Of a stretch of DNA of 20,000 nt, positions 14,819-20,000 are shown one piece after another (position 1 is the stretch's first letter; the number at the start of each line of letters is the position of its first letter). The notes beneath the pieces were generated by a model. It did no database searches. It was not told where the DNA came from and saw only the letters and a program-made list of their open reading frames with translations. The position numbers and the translations under genes were made by a program. The DNA is taken from the IMG/VR virus record IMGVR_UViG_3300005512_000014; one strand, 5' to 3'. This stretch comes from an uncultured virus (IMG/VR IMGVR_UViG_3300005512_000014). Its lineage: Duplodnaviria; Heunggongvirae; Uroviricota; Caudoviricetes.

Positions 14819-15872
14819 GTACTTCTTCCTCAGTCGTTCCTCCGGGTGCGTCACTTCCCAGTACCGCTGCCATTGCTGCTTCTTTGAGTCTTTTCTGAAG
14901 ACCCAAATCCTGTCGAACCATGTCATAGAGTTCTTCTTTCTTGTTGGCGATACGTTCACCTTCAAACTTGTATCGACCTTCAAACAACTCTAGAGCAAGT
15001 GCGACATTGACAATGTCTTTAGCGACATCAAAGTCGCCCTTCTTATAACCAGCGGTATCAGCAAAGTAGAAGTCAGCCACTGCCACCTGTTGGGGGCGGT
15101 ATGTCTTGTTCTTCATCACACGCATCTTGATGCTCTGCCCGACGCGGGTATCCAACTTCGACCCCTCAGCAATCCACTCGTCACGCCGTACCTCAACACG
15201 GGTGAAGTAGTAGTAGTTCTTTGCCTTACCACCGGGGGTGGTTCGGGGGTCTCCGTACATGACACCGATCTTGTCTCGCCACTGGTTGATGGCGATCATG
15301 GTACATGAGCGCTCTGCCTCGGTCAATGACCGGCGCTGTGCTTTGGCGCACTTCTTGAAGAACCTGCTGAGAATCTGTGCACCTGTGGCGACGCTAGCCT
15401 CGTCCATGGCCTTGTTGACCTCGGTATCAGTAACTAAGGCTGGCAATGAGTCGATAACGACACAGTCCACTGCTCTGTTCTCTATGGCTTTTAGCACTAA
15501 ATCAAGAGATGATTCCATCTCGTTGGTCTCTACAACCCACAGGCGCTCAAGGTCGACACCGAAAGATGCTGCATACTCTGGTACGTACTCTTCCGCTGCC
15601 ACCCACAAAGCCAGCCACTCTGGGTCTTTGGCCTGATTGGCTGCGATGGTCTTGTAGGCGATAGCAGTCTTACCGCTGCTCTCCTCACCTACGATCTCAT
15701 TCCACTGGTTCGACGCCCAGCCCCCACCTAATGCGAGGTCAAACGCGAGGACACCAGTCGTGGTGTGGGGCACTTCGATCTTGGCGTCGCTGCCCCGAAT
15801 CAGTATGTCTTCTCCGTATTTCTTGTTTATCTCTGCTGCTAGTTCTTCGATTATTGCTAGTTTGTCGCTCAC
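14805..15872 (-). CDS. recA: RecA/UvsX-like recombinase (start re-assigned to GTG 15872)
   Basis: TG...FDLALGGG, Walker A GEESSGKT, Walker B VVIDS, INQWRDKIGVMYGDPRTTPGG, KNK. Confidence 0.95.
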   Translation of the reverse strand: MSDKLAIIEELAAEINKKYGEDILIRGSDAKIEVPHTTTGVLAFDLALGGGWASNQWNEIVGEESSGKTAIAYKTIAANQAKDPEWLALWVAAEEYVPEYAASFGVDLERLWVVETNEMESSLDLVLKAIENRAVDCVVIDSLPALVTDTEVNKAMDEASVATGAQILSRFFKKCAKAQRRSLTEAERSCTMIAINQWRDKIGVMYGDPRTTPGGKAKNYYYFTRVEVRRDEWIAEGSKLDTRVGQSIKMRVMKNKTYRPQQVAVADFYFADTAGYKKGDFDVAKDIVNVALALELFEGRYKFEGERIANKKEELYDMVRQDLGLQKRLKEAAMAAVLGSDAPGGTTEEEVHVEE

Positions 15873-15882
15873 TCTATTCCTT

Positions 15883-16332
15883 TTATGCCCAACTGGACTC
15901 CAACCCCTGCGAGAAAGAGCCATTGTACCCACACTCAAAACAGTGAGGGCGTGGCTGTTGCCCATTGACACGAGCAGCACCTGCGCCCATGCCAGAGTAG
16001 GCAGTATAGCCAGTAGTGCTACCGCACTGTGGACACTGCATGTTGCCCTCTGTGCGGTGAGCCTCGCCACCACGCCAAAGGCGCATGGCTTCACCCATGC
16101 TGACCTCAGCGTTAGCGTCACGATTAGGGTCTAGTGCCTGCTGCCGTTCTCCCTGTTGAAGGGGAACGCCTTCCATAGTTTGCTGAGGCACAGGCTGTTG
16201 CTGTGGCTGTGGCTGTGGTTGTGGCTGCACAGGCTGTGGCTGTACGGCCTGTGTAGGGGGCAGATTGATGCCGTAGGTCTTGGGCTGGTTGTTATTGAGT
16301 TTATTTGCCCACCAAGATGCGCTATTCGTCAT
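15883..16332 (-). CDS. Gln/Pro-rich protein with C-terminal Zn ribbon
   Basis: QPQPVQPQPQPQPQQQP tract; CPQC...CFECGY. Confidence 0.75.
   Translation of the reverse strand: MTNSASWWANKLNNNQPKTYGINLPPTQAVQPQPVQPQPQPQPQQQPVPQQTMEGVPLQQGERQQALDPNRDANAEVSMGEAMRLWRGGEAHRTEGNMQCPQCGSTTGYTAYSGMGAGAARVNGQQPRPHCFECGYNGSFSQGLESSWA
16192..16245. repeat. imperfect (GGCTGT)n hexamer repeat encoding Gln-Pro
   Basis: ggctgttgctgtggctgtggctgtggttgtggctgcacaggctgtggctgt. Confidence 0.7.
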
Positions 16333-16780
16333 CCTCCGGTTCCTCCATCATAGATTCCAATAACTGAATGATGTCAGCACGACTTTCCGCACCGTCGAAT
16401 CCTTCTGACGAGATTCGGATGTCGGGAATATCAGTCTCACGGATAGTAATGTAACCCTCCGATTCAAGGACTGCCATGCATGCTACGACAAACGCGGTCA
16501 GGCTGTCAAGATGCTGCATGCCTTCGGAGGCATCTAACTTGGCCTCCGGGTCAAGGTAACGGGTCATCCACCAAGCACAATCGGCAATAACATTGCCAAG
16601 TTCACCCGCCTGAAGGTTAAGCCAGTGCGCAAGAATATCCCGCATCTCGGCTTCCATAGTGTCCTCTGCCGGTGACACAAATCCACCTTGATCAGAAGCA
16701 ATCTCATGCCCTTCTAACGGAGACAGGTTCAAGTAAAAGTTACGCTGTCGTAGTCTGGAATTTGTGCCTGATTCTTCCAT
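16322..16780 (-). CDS. acidic hypothetical protein (start ATG 16780)
   Basis: ATG 2 nt after the polA stop, AAGGA upstream. Confidence 0.72.
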   Translation of the reverse strand: MEESGTNSRLRQRNFYLNLSPLEGHEIASDQGGFVSPAEDTMEAEMRDILAHWLNLQAGELGNVIADCAWWMTRYLDPEAKLDASEGMQHLDSLTAFVVACMAVLESEGYITIRETDIPDIRISSEGFDGAESRADIIQLLESMMEEPEDDE

Positions 16781-16782
16781 TA

Positions 16783-18879
16783 CTATCCTTTCGCCTCTAC
16801 CCAAGACAGGGCGCTGTGGGCTTCGACTTCTAACTCAACGCCCATGATTACCCTACCATTTCCCATGGCTGTCTCTATGCTTTCACGCCAGTGAGCAGCC
16901 TCCTCTTGGGGAACAATGACGACAATCTCGTCATGTACCTGTACAGCGATCTTACAAGACGGATAGTTGATGACGTTGGATACATCAATCATGGCTTGCT
17001 TACATATCTCAGAAGCAGTGCCCTGCACAATGGCATTAATGGCCTGACGTTCCGCACGTGCCTTAGACGCAAAGTCATCTGACGAAAGGTCTGGAACACG
17101 GCGACGACGGCCATACATAGTCTCTACGTAGCCAGTGCGCTTTGCTTTCATCAATACTTTATTCTTCCATTCAGTTAGTCCTGAATAGCCAGAGTTATAG
17201 TTATATACGACAGTACGAGCCTCATCAAGAGATAACTGACCACCGGTAGCATCGACAAGGCGCTTAGGACCACCGCCGTACCCCATGAGGAAGTTCGGAA
17301 CCTTGCCATAAATAGTCCTCTCTTCGCCTGTCACATCTTCGGGGGGCTTCCCCAAAATGACGCTCGCTGTACCGGCATGTACGTCGATATTCTCGCTAAA
17401 GATACGTAATAGGTTCTTATCCTGCGAATACATCGCCATAATTCGCATCTCAATCTGGCTGTAGTCAGCCACGACGAGTACACAGTCAGGGTCTGCCACG
17501 AACAACCCTCGCACACGACCATCACGTGGGATGTTCTGGAGGTTGGGGTCACTAGCGGACAGACGACCAGTAGCGGTGCGGTGTAGGTGGAACTGCGGGT
17601 GCAGTCGATCTTTATGTAGCAAAGGCGTCAAGCCATCGACATACGTAGACTTCATCTTTTTGAGTTCCGCGTAGTCCATCAGCATGTCGACTACTGGGTG
17701 CTTGCCCTGCAACGACTTCAAAGAGTCGTCATCAACGCTCGGTTTCCCTTTAGCCGTCATCTTCTTAGGAGTCAGGCCCAGCCCACCCTCACGCTTCTTG
17801 TCGAACAGGAACTGTACTTTGTGCACGTTACTGTCGGGGTTGAAGCCAATGGGGGCGTATTGTGATATATCAAGAATCTTGTTATTGATATCAAGGTCTA
17901 ACTGCTTACCCAGTTTGGTCATCTCACGCTTGTTGACTCGGATGCCGTTCATCTCCATCTGAGCCAGTACGGGAAGCACGTCAAGATCAAGGTAGAGCGC
18001 CTTAAGCAACGACTCATCCCTAGATATCATTCGGTATAGCCTCTTGTACGCCATCCATGCCCAGCGCACGTCGTAGTGAACATAGCGACACGCTTTGCTG
18101 AACGGTTCGGTAGTGAGCGTCTTACCGATCTTGCCATCACGGTGGTAGGGGTCAAAGTGAAAGAGATTGTCCAGAATAGAAGTCAACCTATAACTGGTCA
18201 GGTTCTCGTTCACGATATGCATGAGTACCTGCGTGTCGATGTACCGACCCTTAGGTAACTCTCCACCGTAGTACTTGGCTACTGACTTGCAGTCGAACTT
18301 GATGTTCTGATTGACCTTGACAATATCCTCGCTCATGAACAACGGTTCCAGCGCGGTGAACACCTGCTCCTGTGTCAACTGCTCGGGGGCATCGGTGAAC
18401 GTAGCGGGAATGAAGTACTTAGCCCTCGCCATGGACTCCTTGCCAGATGCCAGTACAGCACGGTAACCCTCTGGCGGGATGGTCGTGCCATCTCCCCGCT
18501 CTTCTGGTACAAGCACTTCGCCGTTGGGATGACCCATAGGTATAGCCCACGACTTGCCAGATATGGCGATACCTATCCAAAAGACATCATTACGCAGCGT
18601 GTCAAGTGCCACGTTACCTCGCCACCGATCTTCGATGGCCTGACGTGAACGTTGCACGGTTGTGGGATGCGTTGCCTTGAGAGAGGCTTCCTTCTCAGCC
18701 CACTCTTGTTCTACCAACTGCATCACGTCGGGGTGGCGTTCGATATTGCCACGTGTCTCTACGTCAAAGCAGAAAGCACCTTCGCGCTGTACGGCTTCAA
18801 CTATCTCATCTAGTTGGTCTAAAGACAGAACGGAGGGTGCCGTTGGCACCCTCCGTCTGCTCGCACTGTTGGGTTCCAC
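16783..18879 (-). CDS. polA: family A DNA polymerase with 3'-5' exonuclease domain (no 5'-3' exonuclease)
   Basis: ExoI FDVET, ExoII N.KFD, ExoIII Y...D; TATGRLS.SDPNLQNIP, motif A ADYSQIEMR, motif B K...F..YG, motif C QVHDE. Confidence 0.96.
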   Translation of the reverse strand: MEPNSASRRRVPTAPSVLSLDQLDEIVEAVQREGAFCFDVETRGNIERHPDVMQLVEQEWAEKEASLKATHPTTVQRSRQAIEDRWRGNVALDTLRNDVFWIGIAISGKSWAIPMGHPNGEVLVPEERGDGTTIPPEGYRAVLASGKESMARAKYFIPATFTDAPEQLTQEQVFTALEPLFMSEDIVKVNQNIKFDCKSVAKYYGGELPKGRYIDTQVLMHIVNENLTSYRLTSILDNLFHFDPYHRDGKIGKTLTTEPFSKACRYVHYDVRWAWMAYKRLYRMISRDESLLKALYLDLDVLPVLAQMEMNGIRVNKREMTKLGKQLDLDINNKILDISQYAPIGFNPDSNVHKVQFLFDKKREGGLGLTPKKMTAKGKPSVDDDSLKSLQGKHPVVDMLMDYAELKKMKSTYVDGLTPLLHKDRLHPQFHLHRTATGRLSASDPNLQNIPRDGRVRGLFVADPDCVLVVADYSQIEMRIMAMYSQDKNLLRIFSENIDVHAGTASVILGKPPEDVTGEERTIYGKVPNFLMGYGGGPKRLVDATGGQLSLDEARTVVYNYNSGYSGLTEWKNKVLMKAKRTGYVETMYGRRRRVPDLSSDDFASKARAERQAINAIVQGTASEICKQAMIDVSNVINYPSCKIAVQVHDEIVVIVPQEEAAHWRESIETAMGNGRVIMGVELEVEAHSALSWVEAKG
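18821..18856 (-). terminator. intrinsic terminator-like hairpin downstream of ssb, inside the polA 5' coding region
   Basis: Perfect 12-bp stem ACGGAGGGTGCC-AAC-GGCACCCTCCGT followed by TCTGTCTTT on the - strand. Confidence 0.65.
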
Positions 18880-18882
18880 GAA

Positions 18883-19560
18883 TCAGTTGTAATCCATGTC
18901 CTCTGCTGCAATCTCAACAAGAGTCTTGCGGTGAGGGATGGGAACAATGGTCTCGTCATAGGAGTTGCCCTTGACGGTTGCGAGAGCATCCTCGTCCAGA
19001 GGGGAGATATCCCACTCTTCTTCCAAGTCCCGCTCGCGCACCATCTGATGGTTGGTCTGCGAGGTCGGCCCCTTGCCACTACGGCTGACAGCCCAGTAGT
19101 GCTTGGAGAGCGGACCCTGACGGGGGTCTTGGTGGAAGTTGCGGAGGCTGTCGATCACGCGAGGCCCGACCTCGTACGACTTGATGGTGGCATCGCCGTC
19201 TTCGGTCAGGAGTGCCACGTTGAAGGCAAACCGTGCGGAAGGGCGGTGACCAGCGTCGCACAAGGGGCAACCCTTGGGGTGCATGTCTGAGATACAGGTG
19301 AAGGACTTCTGTCCCTGACGCTCTACCCAGTGCATACGGTAGGAGGTGTACGGCTCGTCCTCAAGGAACTTGATGATGACAGGCTTGTCATCGATCTTCA
19401 GACGCTGCGCGTACGGCGAGTCTGCCTGCTTTGTGGTATCCACATTGCCCCATCCGCGCTTGATGACACGGCGTGCTGCACTGCGGTCCAGATCGGCATC
19501 AGCCTCACTGCTGGTAGTTGTTTCTTCTTCGTCCTCAACATCGCTGTCGAAACGTCCCAT
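18883..19560 (-). CDS. single-stranded DNA-binding protein (gp32-like, Zn-binding)
   Basis: IIKFL..EP, HW, C......CPLC, FNV, SRSGKG..T pattern; position next to polA. Confidence 0.75.
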   Translation of the reverse strand: MGRFDSDVEDEEETTTSSEADADLDRSAARRVIKRGWGNVDTTKQADSPYAQRLKIDDKPVIIKFLEDEPYTSYRMHWVERQGQKSFTCISDMHPKGCPLCDAGHRPSARFAFNVALLTEDGDATIKSYEVGPRVIDSLRNFHQDPRQGPLSKHYWAVSRSGKGPTSQTNHQMVRERDLEEEWDISPLDEDALATVKGNSYDETIVPIPHRKTLVEIAAEDMDYN

Positions 19561-19575
19561 GGCTCTAACTCTTTC

Positions 19576-19998
19576 TTAATAGTTTGGATAATTGTCTGCA
19601 ATGGCTTTCTTGAAACCCTTCCAATCTGCATTGTTAGGGTCATTGATCTCAAAAGCCATTGCCATCTCCCTCAGGAACACAACCTGTGCTTCTGAGTAGA
19701 GACGCCTCCCCCGAGTCTCCTTGCCGGGAATCTGTTCCTTGCGAGGGGCCGGGGTGCGGAATGTTGCTGGTGGGAGCCAGCCTTTGGATTCCCATGAGCG
19801 GATTGTAACGGGCTTACGCTGCAAAGCCAACGCCACTGCACCGATGGTGTAGAAGCGTTTCTTGTTGCCGTGTACAAGGTACTCATGGGAAGGAAGATCA
19901 TTTAACCACTCGTGCTGGGCGTTGTCAAGTACCTTGCCCCGATTCTTTGGACGACGTGTACCGGGGAAGTCCGGGGTGTCGTCTACAGGGAGGTCGCC
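19576..19998 (-). CDS. MerR-like helix-turn-helix DNA-binding protein (5' end outside window)
   Basis: Frame is open to the window edge; FYTIGAVALALQRKPVTIRSWESKGWLP...RRLYS is MerR-type HTH. Confidence 0.8.
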   Translation of the reverse strand, partial: GDLPVDDTPDFPGTRRPKNRGKVLDNAQHEWLNDLPSHEYLVHGNKKRFYTIGAVALALQRKPVTIRSWESKGWLPPATFRTPAPRKEQIPGKETRGRRLYSEAQVVFLREMAMAFEINDPNNADWKGFKKAIADNYPNY

Positions 19999-20000
19999 AG

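Noticed and set aside
14819..14983. Extended N-terminus of the 150-aa ORF
   Set aside because: Lies within recA in another frame; ATG 14818 with RBS is more plausible
15873..16121. 83-aa N-terminal extension of RecA in the ORF track
   Set aside because: It overlaps the Zn-ribbon gene in another frame; RecA-like sequence begins at GTG 15872, which has an AAGGA RBS
18380..18760. Intein or intron in polA
   Set aside because: Insertions are short, lack C/S...HN splice junctions and endonuclease motifs, and the frame is uninterrupted
3490..19695. Numerous + strand ORFs of 60-170 aa opposite the - strand genes
   Set aside because: Shadow ORFs with no RBS or recognisable motifs, antisense to well-supported genes

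Overview
A 20-kb segment of a large dsDNA tailed bacteriophage. The host is most likely an actinobacterium, judged from two WhiB genes and apparently leaderless TANNNT promoters. Positions 1-2950 (+ strand) hold small early/accessory genes: the end of a vWA protein, a pyrimidine-dimer glycosylase-like gene and a tandem winged-helix protein. They end at a terminator near 2971-3000. Positions 3000-20000 are on the - strand. Read in transcription order (right to left) they contain: (a) a recombination/replication module with a MerR-like HTH, a Zn-type SSB, family A DNA polymerase, RecA, two PD-(D/E)XK resolvase-like nucleases and a Cas4-like nuclease; (b) a phage spoVS; (c) nine consecutive Cys-free, low-complexity proteins, possibly internal virion proteins; (d) a coupled gene cluster with a Cys-rich protein, an apparently degenerate HAD-fold protein, an apparently degenerate TGT/DpdA-like protein with a Cys cluster, DUF6378, two WhiBs, a GT-B glycosyltransferase and an unannotated 21-aa membrane peptide. 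The most interesting observations are cluster (d), a compact H-type pseudoknot and a structured anti-Shine-Dalgarno-rich intergenic element in the early region, and a terminator-like hairpin inside the polA 5' coding sequence. All family calls come from motif recognition by eye; no database search was run.
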